Assembly (NCBI RefSeq): GCF_009914755.1
Contig: NC_060930.1
DNA: 64,000 nucleotides
DNA from: the human T2T-CHM13v2.0 reference genome, Homo sapiens
Reading direction: 5' to 3' (one strand)
Part shown: positions 15,271 through 30,224 of the stretch, piece by piece
Layout: the number at the start of each line of letters is the position of its first letter
Position numbering within the stretch: the first letter of the stretch is position 1
Notes under the pieces: model-generated
What the model was told of the DNA's origin: nothing
What the model saw: the letters and a program-made list of their open reading frames with translations, nothing else
Database searches by the model: none
Made by a program: the position numbers and the translations under genes

Positions 15271-16565
15271 ACATACATAAAACGAGTTGGAACCAAAGGT
15301 GGCAATCTAAGACAGACACAATTTTAATGGATGAAATTAAATTACCAGTAGAAAATAAGTTATTTCCATGTCAGTTGGTCAGAAGAGGCCATTTTCATGG
15401 CAACATACTGAAAAATTATAATAATGAAGATAAGTTTAAATAGAAGAAAGGACAGAGTGAACAATTTTACCAGTCTATAAATGGGTTAAGTGAGATGCCT
15501 GCATTACCCTGCCCAAAATCAATAGAAACATATGCAAAATATGTGATGCCCCACCCATTAAAACTGTATCTGTCTGCTGTTAGCATTATAACCCTGCTTT
15601 GGAGTTCCAAAATTTGCTTTTCTTTCCACTCTGATATTTATAATCAAAGACTTAATTGCTGTAACTTCGAAGCAATTTAAACAATGCTTTGTTAGAAAAA
15701 TTACCCTTAAAAGTGTGATTTACAGAGAGCATACTGGGTTAAGCATTCACAATATCTCTGTTGTCATAGCAACTTGCAGTGTGAGTTTAACCCAAAGTGG
15801 TAAGGTAACTAGAAAAATGTTGGTGATATTGGAATACAGAAAGACACATATACTACAACTGACATGCTGTAGCCTTGACATGGAAATTCTAATGAGCATT
15901 TTAAAAAGCAAAAGTCATTTTGTTTTATCTTGAAAATGCAACACCTTAACTAAACCAAATACAGATCTAAAACTAAACCAGAAATTACTGAAAATTTAGA
16001 TACAGTTATTTGTATCATCCAAATAAGAAAAGTTTGGTTTCATGCTTCTAGAAGTTAAGCATGAAAAATAATTTCCAAAGGTTATGTTTGATCCCTACTT
16101 GATGATTTCTCTTTCTGTATCAGGAATGTACTTAAAGAAACAAATCTGGAGCTATAGTTCTATAAAAGATTATAAGGGAAAAAAGAAATGACATAAATAC
16201 TTTGATAAAATAAAATAATGTTCTGCATCCCTGTTCTCTAAAATTTCAGAACTTACGCCATATGCCTACGTGGTTAAATACACAAAATAACGAAAGGACT
16301 CAGAACCTTAACAGAGTCCATCGAAAAGATTTTATGTGCATTTCTAGTTCAGGTTTTATTACTAAAGGTGCCATTTAGAAGCTCCTTCTAAAGATATGCC
16401 CTGCAGACACCTTAAAATAACACTCAACAACAAAAATATTATCTTGGTGATAATTTTACTGTCCTTTTCATAGGGGGTATATGGTAATAACAGGGTAAGC
16501 CTGGACAAAGCAATTAAGAATAAGAAGTGTTAATGCTCAGTATTGTTTATGTATGTCACTGTAAT

Positions 16566-17131
16566 TGAAGGGGATCAGAATATGCTACTCCAAAATATGT
16601 GCTTTGGCATAAAGATTATTTTGAGCTGAAAACGTGTGAGATTCAACAGATGTAGAAGGAAGCTTTCTCAGAGCCTCCCTGATCTGACTAAAAGCAGAAA
16701 CTCCTCAATAATAAGGACTGCCATAGAGCCCTTCTCCCAGGGAAGGTTTATGGCCATGAAGAAGATGGAAAGATGACACTGAGATGGATCTGCACAAACA
16801 AACCTTGCTTAGATAGCTTTTATCTTCTGTAAGTTTCCTCCATGTCATTACCATTCCTCAGTTTTCAGCCCCTAGAAGTCTAAAAACCCCTTTCCTTTGC
16901 CTTGACATGCCTCCACAATGTATGACTCTTTGTTAAATAGGTATATAAGCTCTCAGGCCTATCTGTTTCTTGAGATTTTCATGTGTTTTCTAGGAAGGTC
17001 CCTGTGTCGCAAAAAAAATCCAATAGAACTTATATGCCTTTTATCCTGTTAATCTGTCTTTTGTCAATCTAATTTGCAGGGCTCCAGTCAATGAACCTGA
17101 GAGTAGAGGAAAAATATGTTCCTCCCTTACA
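16566..17131 (+). mobile_element. ERV1 solo LTR, MER34-like
   Basis: tgaaggggatcagaatatgctactccaaaatatg...cctcccttaca; TATA-like tatataag near 16942. Confidence 0.7.
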
Positions 17132-18094
17132 TCATTGAAAAATCCATGCCAAAATTTTCCCCTTTCTGGAGCATTTGATAGTGAGGACTGGTATCAAGAT
17201 AAGTCAGTTTTGAGTTCAGAATCTGGGGGTTACAGTACAGAAGCGGAGGTTTTCTGGGTGAAACAGAGAAATAGAGAACAATAGACGAAGGAAGAGAGAT
17301 TGGGAAAAGCAGAGACCCAATTTGTTTCCCTACCCATTCTCCACTGGACTGTGCTTTGGGCCTAGCTCTAGGGGACTGTGGGAGAGTCAGCTTCTGAAAG
17401 ATTAGAAAAATATCTGTCTTGTTTGTTTTTCAGGCCTTTCAATTCCTGAAATAACAAGAAGAGATGTGTAGCTGTGAAGGGAGGTTCAACCTCTCCTGGT
17501 CTTGAATCCCTTACTCAACTTCCCCAGGCCCTGGGTATATGGTTTCTCCTTAGGGCAGACCTATAAGGAAGTCAAAATGGGTATTTCCTGCATTGTCTCT
17601 CCCCACACCTTCTTCTCGGGAAGATCTTTAGAACACACCAATGCGTACTCCCATTTATTTAGAATTCAAATACAATGTCCTTCCAGTTCAATCATGTGTA
17701 AAATGGAGGTTTCCTGACTGCTTTCATTGGTGAGCATCAACAACACCAACAGGAAGAACAGCAGAGGCCACATCAGCCACAAGCCACCCTGTCATCTAAT
17801 GAATGCCAATTAAGCGCCAAACACTACCCTAGGCATTTTATAAACATTAATCTGACAAATTTCTCACAATGATCCTATGGAATAGGCATTAGTACTCTCA
17901 TTTGTTGGATGAGAGATCCAAGTCTGACAAAGAAAACAAGCAGCAACACAGCTGTTCTGTTTTCTGAATTTATCTTTTAACTTGATTCTCTTATCATCTA
18001 TATGGAATTGAAAGCTTCTTGAGAACTTATTCTATTTTGAACTGCTTCATAGTACCTAGCACAGTAATTTATTTGGGGGTTTTCTTTACTTAAT

Positions 18095-18330
18095 TATTTT
18101 AATTGACAATAAAACACTGTATATGTTTATGGTGTGCAACATGATGTTTTAATACATGTATACATTGAGGAATGGCTAAATCAAGTTATTTAATATATGC
18201 AATACTTCATATACTTATATTTTTTGTGGTACAGACACTTAAAAACTACTGTCTTAGCAATTTTCAAATATACAATATATTGTTATTAACTGTAGTCACC
18301 ATGATATACAATAAATCTCTTGAGAAATTT
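18095..18330 (-). mobile_element. L1MA 3' end
   Basis: aatggctaaatcaag...cttagcaattttcaaatatacaat L1MA 3'UTR. Confidence 0.8.
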
Positions 18331-18334
18331 CTCA

Positions 18335-19025
18335 TTCCAAAATGGAAGCATAGAAGCTAGCTGGCACCACTCTCCCAACAGAAAACCAAAAACAAATATA
18401 CAGCCCCAAGATTATCACCAGCAATAATATCCAAAACTAAAATATGAGAATGAGACAGTTCCTGAGGCCACAAAGAAATGAAGAAACTCAGAATCTCTTA
18501 GTAGACAGTAAGAGAATCAGACTTCCATGTCTGTGACATCCTTCCCCCAATCTGCCTAGCACCAAGTGCACAGAAAATTTTTCCCTGACTCATGGTTTCT
18601 CAAAAAGTGAGGTGAAGATGGACAACTGGCTTCCCCATCATCTTGGGTTTCCTGGCAGAAGATCTGTCCTTGCCTCAGCCCCAGGAATCAACAGGAGTGC
18701 CTGAAGGGAGAAATAGCCCTGAGGACAGCCAAAAACAAAGAGGGGAGGCAGGACTACCATCCTAGGCCTGGAAACTGCTCTGTAATTCAGCCAAAGGAGA
18801 TGCCAAATCAGAGTGGCTATTCAGCAGCACCATGCTATAGGATTGTCCTGCAGGTTTCCTGGGCATGACACCCTAGCCAGTCTTCCCACTCTATCAGGAT
18901 ATTCCCTTTGGGACATTTACTAGAACCTAGACAACCTGTGCTTAAAGCACCATCTAGTGCTCAAAGGGAGGCAGTGACCTGGTCGGGGTTGGGAGGAAAG
19001 AGAAAATCAACTGGTAAATTATAAA
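18335..19025 (+). mobile_element. Probable L1M 5' end / 5'UTR
   Basis: Starts ttccaaaatggaagc (YY1-like); GC-richer sequence resembling old L1 5'UTRs. Confidence 0.45.
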
Positions 19026-19029
19026 GAAA

Positions 19030-19630
19030 GAGCACTCCCTTATTTACTGCAGCACTATTCACAACATACAAAATATTGAAATTAACCTGTGTCTATCAGT
19101 GGATGAATAAAGAAAATTTGGCTGCATATACACAATGGAATATTATTTAGTCGTAAAAAAGAATGAAGTCCTGTCATTTGCAGCAACATGGATAGACTTA
19201 GAGGTCATTATTTTAAGTGAAATAAGCCAAGCACAGAAAGACAAATATTGCATGTTCTCACTCATATTTGGGAGCTAAAACAGTGGGTCTCATGAAGGTA
19301 AAGAGTAGACTGGTGCTTACCAGAACCTGAGAAGGATAAGGGGAAGATGAAGAGAAGTTATTAATGGATACAGATATACAGCTTGATAGAAGAAATAAGA
19401 CCTAATGTTTGACAGATAAGTAGGGTAGCTCTAGTTTATAATAATCCATTATATATTTCAACATAGCTAGAAGAGAATAATTTGAATGTTTCTAGAATAA
19501 AGAAAGACAAATATTTAAGATGATGTGTATCCCAATTACACTGATTTGATCTGTACAAATTATATGAATGTATTAAATTGTAACATGTACCCCCAAGACA
19601 TGAGCATGTATTATGCAAAAATTTAAAAAA
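19030..19630 (+). mobile_element. L1MA ORF2 end and 3'UTR
   Basis: gcagcactattcacaa...gcagcaacatggat...aagtgaaataagccaagcacagaaagac. Confidence 0.85.
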
Positions 19631-19639
19631 TTGGCCATC

Positions 19640-20100
19640 ACGAAAAAAGAGTTAGTGAATTTGAAGACAAGTGAACGAAAGTCATCTAAATTGAAGCACA
19701 GAAAAGGTAAATATTTTTTAAAATAAACAGAACCTGATTTACTTGTGGAATAATATCAAGCATTTAACATATATGTAACTGGAGCCCCAGAAAGAAAGGA
19801 GAGAAAAAAAAAAAGTCAAGCAAAAAATTACATTTGAAGAAACATGGGCCAAAATTTTTCTATATTTAAGCAAAAACAGATTTGGGAAGCTTAGTGAATT
19901 CCAAATAGGATAAAAACAAATAAAACCACAACTGGTAACATTATAAGAAAACTTAAAGAAAAAAAAATGAAGTGAAAACTCTTAAAAGCAGCCAGAGTTT
20001 CAAAAGATTCATCCCATAAAGGGATCAATCATAATAATTATGGTTTTCTTTTCTTTAGAAAGAGTAGAATCCAGATGACAATGGAACATCTATTCCTGGA
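19640..20100 (+). mobile_element. Old L1M ORF1-region fragment
   Basis: ttagtgaatttgaagac...taactggagccccagaaag...cttaaaagcagccagag. Confidence 0.6.
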
Positions 20101-20204
20101 AAAATTCTTTATGGTGGATTAGCTACTGGTTCAATTTAATGATATTTCCACTAAAACTATTTAAGAAACATCACATGCAAGTTACTTAAGAAGCAATATA
20201 ACTT

Positions 20205-20525
<321 letters not shown>

Positions 20526-20601
20526 TTACTGGAAAACACCACACCATAAAATTATGATAAGATATAAATATTTTCAACAGAAAAATGAGACTCAAAGATG
20601 T

Positions 20602-20958
20602 TCTGCTAAGTCCGTTCTCATGCTGCTAAAAAAGACATACCCGATGCTGGGCTATTTACAAGAGAAAGAGGTTTAATGGACTTACAGTTCCACATGGCTG
20701 GGGAGACCTCACAATCATGGCAGAAGGCAAGGAGGAGCAAGTCACATCTTATATGAATAGCAGTAGGCAAAGAGAGAGAGACTGTGCAGGGAAACTCCCC
20801 CTTATAAAACCATCAGATCTCATGAGACCCATTCACTATCACGAGAACAGCACAGGAAAGACCTGTCCACATGATTCAATCACCTCCCACCGGGTTCCTC
20901 CCACAACACATGGGAATTCAAGATGAGATTTGGGTGAGGACACAGCCAAACCTTATCA
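20602..20958 (-). mobile_element. THE1 (THE1B-like) MaLR solo LTR
   Basis: gacttacagttccacatggctgggg...acagccaaaccttatca. Confidence 0.85.
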
Positions 20959-20961
20959 GAT

Positions 20962-21662
<701 letters not shown>

Positions 21663-24600
21663 TAAGGAAATCTTCAGAGCATTTGAGATGGACCTTGAAG
21701 GATGAGTAGAATTTTCTTAGGGAAGAGCATGGAGCAGACAGTGTGCACAGAGGCAGAAAAGTAGAAAACCATGGAGTGGAAGAGGGCATAATCCAATTAT
21801 TCAGTTCATCTCTATCACCAGTGACTACCAGAGGAGTTGTCAGAAATATCTTGGGTAGGCAAATTGAGGCATCCTGTGAGGGGATGTATAGGTCATCCCA
21901 AAGATTCAGAATGTTATTCTGTAGGTTATGGGAAGTCATTTTCCACCTGCCAGGGGTCTGGCAGAATCAAGCTACATTCTTGGGGAAGATGAATGTGGCA
22001 GATGGGCTAGCAGCAAGAGGGACCTCAATCCAGAGTCACATGTGAAAACACACTGCCTTCCTGGAGGATCACAGCATGACAGAGATTAAACATGGATGAT
22101 ACTGCAATAGAAGGCAGAGTTAATTCCTAGGAAGATCCTGCTAAGGAACTCCATAAGTGTCTAAAGTTATATACTGAACGCCCCCAGGGTTTGGGTTGAT
22201 TTGCATATAAACACAAGTGGCATCTGGTAATCAAAGGGCTTGACCCTCAGTGAAAATCAAAGCACATAAAAACCACCAAAATATAAGCTAGAATAAAGTA
22301 GATGCTATAGAGGAATTTTCCATCTTCCAGGGCACGTCCTGGTACCACTTGGCCAACAGTAGCTGAACAGGGCAGGCTAGGAGCAGCTGGAGCTTAGACA
22401 TCAACACAACTGCTGGGACAGAGACATATGGAACAGACAAACTCAGCTTCAGGTGGAAGAGAAAGTCCAGTCTGGTAAAAAGAATATAGACTCTACAAAG
22501 TCCAACCACCCACTAAAGGAAAAAAATCCAGATAAGCCATCTCACTCTCAGGGAATCCAACACACAGTCACACTGTGCCCTACCTTTAGCCAGAGCAGGA
22601 ATAGGAGAATCCAGAAATAGCCAATAATCAAATATATAAGCAAAGAGGCAGGCCACATGGGCACCAGCACAGTCTGTTGTCACACAGAAGAGCTCTTTCC
22701 ATAGGGCTTGCATTCAGAAACAAGTCACCAATTTAAGAAAAGGGCAGCAGGTGACCCTAGAGAGGTCCCTATATTATAGAGACTCTCCTCTAGCAGAGCC
22801 TACTCAGGTTAACAGCAGGCTCTGAGGCACAGAGAACAAGACAGAAAACCAACTACCCAAAATTTTTATGTTGGCACAGTCTCTCCTCCAAACTGTGAGC
22901 TGTGGTTGATGCTCTGAGTAGCCAAAGGAGTGTTATACCATTCATTTTTAAATGGGTTTATTGTGTTGTCCTGATTGAAAACACCCATATTCCAGTTCAA
23001 GCTAGTAAATACAAGAAGACAAATTTAAGATCCAAAAAGAAGGAGAAGAGGGAGCTGGAGGAAGAAAAAACAACAAGCAAGCAAGCAAAGAAAAAAAAAG
23101 GCACTATTTGTCCATAGGTTTCTGAATGAACCCAGAAAGTCAGTCATTCAACAAAAAGCTGAGAGTCACACTTCTGAATATTACATATCTCCCTATTGTT
23201 TTATTCTCAGAGATGTGTCAGTGTAAGGCTAAAGAAAACAGATCTGTCATTTATCCTTAAAATAGGGAGGAAAAGTGGAAACATTTCACAGGTAAAAATG
23301 TATCTGAAAGGAAATACAAACATGAAACTTCAGACTCGATCCTTTTGATGTGATTAGTACAATGCATTTGAGTAGAGAAACATTTATGAAATTTGTATGC
23401 ATATCTATGGATGCTTTAAAAATTCAAAAAAGAATTATGAGGGACGTGTTTGGAAGAATGCATGCTATGAAATTCTCCATTTCATGAAAGGAGCAACTGA
23501 ATTAGTGAACTAATGAGTATTAGGCTTGAGGTTATAAATCACAAGTGATCAATCCAGTCATACACTCCAGTTCCAGAACTGTAAGTAAATACTTGGCTTT
23601 TTTTTTTTTTTTAATGCTTCTGGGAAAGAATTTTGTCAACAATGTGATAACACAGAAATGTGATATTCTGTACTTCTGATTCTCCGATGAGTATGATAAT
23701 GTACTGAGAAAGAGAAAAGGTGAAATTAGAAACATGAAATCCCAGAAATATAAAACAATATTCAGTTGAACTCAGATAACTCGATTCTCCACAGTATTTG
23801 AAGACCTCTTAGTAGAAAATAAATTAAAGTTTTCAACTTTGGCAGAGAGATATTTTCAACTACAATAATTGTTTAAATTTAAAAAACTAAAATTATCTTT
23901 TGCATTTAATTAACTGCATTTTTGGTTGGAGCAACAGAACCTAAATCGGGCTATCTTAAGCAAAAGGCAGTGTAATGGAAAGATTGAGAGCTCATGGAAT
24001 TGAAGCAAGGCTGGAGAAAACAGCCTTATTTGGAAAACAAGAAGTAACCAAGGATTCCTGCTAGGCTACAGGAATTTCAGACCAGATTACGGAACAGTAT
24101 CAGCCCAAGGCACAGATGACCATCGCTACTACTGAGATGAATGAATCTATTCCATCTCTGGATTCTTGAGTCATCTTTCAAGGTAGAAGTTCCAGAGAGA
24201 GTACCTAACTGTCAAACTGAGTCACATGCAATTCCCTAGCTGTGATGTGCAGGGACATAGACCCTCCTCCTCCTCAGTGCATTCCAAGGTCCTTCTGCTT
24301 CAGTCAGCAGTTTGCAGGAGCTCACTGTTTTGTGGAACTATCTAAAACTTACAAACTGAGGTAGCTGATCCCCTGGTGGTACTGACTGAGGCCAATGTCT
24401 TGTTCTCAAGCAACTTAATCAAGCATGCAAGGATGAGAAATTAAACAAAAAAAATTGCAAGCAGATTTGCAGATTTTTAGGAGTAATTATCCTTTAGTCT
24501 TCAGACCTGTGTAATCTGTCTAGTTTGGTCCCAGAGACCCTAATATCAATAATCTCTATTGAAAATCTATTTGAGTCAGAACATTTATATTAGCATGCTG

Positions 24601-25059
24601 ACCCTACTGATAATTATGCAAATAATGCCCATTTTATCTCTGTGAAGAGATTTTGTCTTTTGTGGAGCTACTTGGCCTCTGCCACCCCTGGATCCTCTTG
24701 TTAACACTGAAATCAGGTAGCCCATTTCAACTATGTGGTCTCCTACCAGAATCCCCAGTCTTCCAAAAATGGCCCATCCCAGAAATGGCATTTCCTTTAC
24801 CAATGTATGTCCGAAGATGTCGGTGAAGGGAGTGGATTTGAGGCTGCTTGGGGGGTTATACGTAGGATATAGTCAGACAAGATGCTCACAAAACATCACT
24901 TGGTATTTCTCATGGCTTGAAGTTTTGAATACATTCCTTCTTATCATCACTGGGCCCAAAATGCTGTGGTCCAGAGTTGAGACCAGGTTGGGCTTAACCA
25001 GCCAAACAAATTGTTGGAACCACATACAGCTGCTCAGTCAGGCTTGACATAGCCATTCA

Positions 25060-25303
25060 TTATCAAATATGATGCACTGTATATAATTGCATGTGCTATA
25101 CGTTTAAATGACTGGCAGCACAGTAGGTTTGTTTATACCAGCACCATTACAAACACATGAGTAATCCACTGCACTACAACGTTGTGAAGACTATGACAAC
25201 ACCAGCTGATAGGAATTTTTCAGCTCCATTACAATCTATGGGACCACAGTCATAGAGGCTGTCTGTCATTGGCTGAAATGTCATTATGCAGTGCACGGTT
25301 GTA
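25060..25303. mobile_element. Tigger3/Golem DNA transposon end
   Basis: gataggaatttttcagctccattacaatctatgggaccac...aaatgtcattatgcagtgcacggttgta. Confidence 0.75.
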
Positions 25304-25799
25304 CAGGATTGGCTTATCATTTTTAAAGATTGCAAACATTTTACAGGAATACTCTAAAATTGAGAATTTAGGATGAAAATAGTTGAAATTCTATAGTGTT
25401 CTCAGTTCACCAGTGTTTTTTTAGAGAACTAGGATCAAATAAGGCTTCAAGGGTCAGAAATCTCAATTTTGACTGAGTAATGGCTCCAGAACAGCAAGTT
25501 GTGGTGTCACAGGAGAGGCGTTAAAAACACAATCACATTAACCTACCGAAGAGGCAGTTTGACTGCCTTCCTGTCACAGAGCCTTAGAAAGTTATCATGC
25601 TTAGAGTGAAGTTTCAGAGTTTCTGAGGACGGGTCTGTCTCATGTAGCACTCAGGGTTGCTGCTCTCCACACAAATGGGGCTGGGTCACATAAGATAAGA
25701 CACAGAGGCTGGGAAACATGACTGAAGAGCCATGACATCAGGCCGAACAGCATTGGCAAGTAAACCAGCTGATGTTTACCTAAATTACTGTAAGAAGTA

Positions 25800-26333
<534 letters not shown>

Positions 26334-26586
26334 CCCTGTACTGGTTTTGGAAGTAGCCCTGAAAATTCGGTACACTCAGACCTCCTTCCAAAGAATCCAC
26401 TGTGGGTTACATAGTTGGCTGACAGCCACAGGCTGTTGCCCTTTTGCATCCATTGCTGCTGTAGCATCCTGATCATGCTTTCCCCAAGATGGTCCCAGCC
26501 AATGATTAAGCATGGTTGGGATACTAGTGTCAACCTATTCCAGGGCAGTGAAGGATTCTTCCAAAGGCCAGCCTTTGCTCTGGGAC

Positions 26587-26964
26587 TGTATTAATCCATT
26601 CTCATACTGTTGTAAAGAACTTCCCAAGATTGGATAATTTATAAAGAAGAGAGATGTAATTGACTTGCAGTTCAGCATGGCTTAGGAGGCCTCAGGAAAC
26701 TTACAATCATGGCAAAAAGGGAAGCAAACACATCCTTCTTCACATGGTGGCAGAAGAGAGAAGTGCCAAGTGAAGGGAGGAAAAGCCCCTGATAATACCA
26801 TCAGATCTAGTGAGAACTCACTCACTATCATGAGAACATCATGGGGGAGTTGCCCCCATGATCTAATCACCTCTAACAAGGTCCTGCCCCCAACACATGG
26901 GGATTACAATTTAGATTACAATTCGAGATGAAATTTTGGATGGGGACACAACCAAACCGTATCA
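26587..26964 (-). mobile_element. THE1D-like MaLR solo LTR
   Basis: tgtattaatcc...ccgtatca with perfect 5-bp TSD GGGAC. Confidence 0.9.
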
Positions 26965-27077
26965 GGGACTCCCCATCACCTGGCCAAAACTTTCTTAGAG
27001 TTGAGTTGTCAACACTTCCTCCTTAATCCTTCTTCCCTCTCTCTTTTCATGAGTATCAGACCAACAATTTGGTCTGA

Positions 27078-27446
27078 AGCAGAACTAACTCAGAAATACA
27101 AAGTGAGCCATACACATAATTTTAAATTTTCAAAGTAGCCACATTGAAAAAATAAAAAGAAATAAGCAAAATAAGTTTTAAGTATATACATTTATACTTG
27201 CCAATGGTATATTTTATTTATTTTCAAATACTATTTCAGCCTACAGCCAATATTTTAAAAGTCATTTAGGAGATATTTTACATTCTCATATATGTGGGGG
27301 CGGGGGGTTGTTTTTGATTTTTGGTACTAAGTCTTATAAATCCAGAGTGTTTTTCATACATTTCACCTCAACATGGTCACATTGCAAATGTTCAATGCCA
27401 CAGTCCCATGTGGCTATTGGCTACCTACCCTGTTGGACAGTGCAGT
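27078..27446. mobile_element. MER33 (hAT-Charlie)
   Basis: gtgagccatacacataattttaaattttc...tagccacat...catgtggctattggctacc...ttggacagtgcag. Confidence 0.75.
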
Positions 27447-28067
27447 TCCCAAGGTTCTTACTGCTCCATTCCCCTTCATCTTTCACATTCCTACTCTCCT
27501 CCACAAATCTTTCACGTGTCTAACTCTGTCTTAGCATCTGCTTCTTGGAGGTCATGAACGGGCACAGTTTGCCTCATTACTTCTGCTCCAAATACTGTTA
27601 ACAGGTGCAGATTAAAGAAAAAAAATTGTCATTATATCACTCTCCTGCTCAAAATACTTCAGTGGCCACCCGCCATTTAGAGGAAAATCTCTCCACTTGA
27701 TTTCCAGTGGCTTCCACAATATTGCTATCCTCTACCTAGGCAGTTTTACTTCGAGCACTCCCACACACACCTCCCTCAAGGCAGGTAGGTCCCCTCATTG
27801 TCCTACAAACCAATCAACCTCATTTTTTTACCACCTTCAATTGCTCATGCTGTTCCTATTTCCCAAAATGCTATTTCTTTCCATTTCTCTATTTGAGGTT
27901 AATTTTTTAAGAGTCACTACTAGTATTTCCTATCTGTACATTTAATATTTTTAAATTATACTGGATACCACTGGCATATTCATGTAAGAAACTATGCATG
28001 TAATTTTCAGAAGATAAACTAGTGTACAATATTTAAGTTCAATATTTATTTAACCAGTGTGAAGTTA

Positions 28068-28408
28068 CAGTAGTACCCCCTTATCAGATTTTGATTTTTG
28101 TGGTTTTAGTTACCTGCAATCTGAAAATCTTAAGATATTTTGAGACAGAGAGATCGCATTCACATAAATTTTATTTCATCCTATTGTTATAATTGTTCTA
28201 TTTTATTGTTAGATATTACTGTTAATCTCTTACTGTGCATAATTTAACTATTTTAACTACTAAAGCCCTTTAACTAAATTAAACTTTATCATAGGTATGT
28301 ATGTATGGGGAGAAAACATAGTATATGTACGGTTTGGTACTATTCACAGTTTCAGGCATCTACTGGGGGTCTTGGAACATATCCTCCATGAATAAGGAGG
28401 TGCTACTG
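28068..28408. mobile_element. MER44A-like (Tigger7) MITE
   Basis: TIRs cagtagtacccccttatc / aataaggaggtgctactg with TA TSD. Confidence 0.8.
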
Positions 28409-28489
28409 TACTCAGGATGTCCTTACTCAGTAGACCATAAACACTGGTGAACACAAAGAAGTAGAGGCTGTAATTCCTGTTTTCAAGAT

Positions 28490-28965
28490 GGGATGGTTAA
28501 TTTTATGTGTCACCTTGGGTAGGCTATGGTGCCCAGCTCTTTCATCAAACACAAGTCTAGATGTTGCAGTGAAGGTTTGTTTCAGATGTCATTAACCTTT
28601 ACACTTAGTTGACTTTTCATAAAGCAGATTATCTTTCATAATGTGGGTGAGTTTTATCCAATCAGTTGAAGGCCTGATGAACAAAGACTGAGGTTTCCAA
28701 AGGAGGAAGGAATTCTGCCTCAAGACCGCAGCATAGAAATTCTGCCTGAGTTTCCAGTCTGTTGGCTTTCCCTGCAGATTTCAGACTCAAGATTGCAACA
28801 TAAACTCTTAACTGAATTTCCAGCTACCCAGCCTGCCTTACAGATTTTGGACTTGCCAGCCCCCACAATTCTGTGAGCCAATTTCTTAAAATAAATATCT
28901 ATCTATCTATACATGCATATATCTATATCCTATTGGCTCTGCTTCTCTGGAGAGCCCTAATGCAC
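28490..28965 (+). mobile_element. MLT2 (C/D-like) ERVL LTR
   Basis: gatggttaattttatgtgtca...tcctattggctctgcttctctggagagccctaa. Confidence 0.8.
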
Positions 28966-29298
28966 AAGAGTTTTTCTTTCAGTTGTGCAGATTAAGCAGG
29001 AAAACTTGGAAAGTTAAATGATGGCACAAGACAATGTGTTGCAAAAATAAATCATTAAATTGTAACTGTCAAATTCAAACTCCAGACCCCCCCGACATGC
29101 TCAGGTGTTGAGAAGAAAGATAAATCACAATCGGCTAGTTATCCAAATGAAAGCCCAAGCACTCAAACATTGTGGTGTTTAAATTTGAAACTATTTAAAA
29201 TTATAAAACTAATTTGTTAACATCCCAAACTTACCTTCTTAAAAATCACATCCTACATTTGGTCTGTTTCAGCTTTTGACAAATTATGCTTCTGCTGA

Positions 29299-29777
29299 TG
29301 TAGCAGGACGAGCCGTGGACAAAACCCCTCAGACACCGAGATAGTGAAGGAAGTGGCTTTAATCAGCTGGGAGCACCGGCAGGCTAGCTAGCGTCTTAAA
29401 GTCCGAGCTCCTCAGGTGCTCAACTTCTGTCCCTTTTAAGGGCTCACAACTCTAAGGGAGTCCACCTGAGAGGGTCGTGATCAATTGAGCAAGCCAGCGG
29501 GTATGTGACAGGGGCTGCAAGCACCGGTGGTCAGTGTGAAACAGAATAGAATGGGAGGTTTCACGATGTTCTTCCATACAATGTCTGGAATCTATAGAAA
29601 ACATCAGTTGCTAGGTCAGGGGTCAAATGTTAACTACTAGGCTTAGGTCAGGCAGGCCCAGGCCTGGTTTCGGGTCTGGTTCCTGGGCGCCGGGCTACCT
29701 GCCTTTAGTTTCACTTCTCTCCTTTTCTGAGTATAAAACAATATAAAATAATATGAGAGGGTCTCTCTCTTCCCTCA
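29299..29777 (-). mobile_element. LTR2B solo LTR (HERV-E/Harlequin group)
   Basis: Sense TGAGGGAAGAGAGAGACCCTCTCATATT...GCTCGTCCTGCTACA; perfect 4-bp TSD CTGA (29295-29298, 29778-29781). Confidence 0.88.
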
Positions 29778-30224
29778 CTGAGATAGAAGAGAAAGCATGA
29801 CCTAGTTAAACTTGGGCAAAACTAATCTTGCAAGTTGATCAAAAACCTGCTTCACAAAAACTCCCTTGAGAATACCTCAGGAAGAATTGAAAAGATCCCA
29901 ATCTAAATCAGGACAGAAAATTATGGTTTTCCAATGTTATACACATAAGAAAGGCTGCCATGTGCCTTATTAGAGAGGCAATTTTATTTTAACAAGGGAT
30001 TTTTAAAGGCTAACTTGTTTCATTTTCCCTGTTTCACCCTCCTTTTAACCACACCCTTACGCTTTTTTGCAAAACATTTTTAAATTTGGCAAACTCAGCC
30101 GTACCTCCCCTTTATATCACAGCAGACAAAGTTGAGATTTGTAGTTGCTTAATCATAATTAATCAATGGGATACATAACCCAGAAGAAAAATCAATAATA
30201 AAGGAAACGTTATATAAAAAGTCT

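Larger units (their letters stand above)
26400..27560 (+). mobile_element. LTR16-like ERVL LTR, interrupted by THE1D and MER33
   Basis: Collinear pieces at about 26400-26586, 26965-27075 and 27450-27560, ending gcatctgcttcttggagg. Confidence 0.55.
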
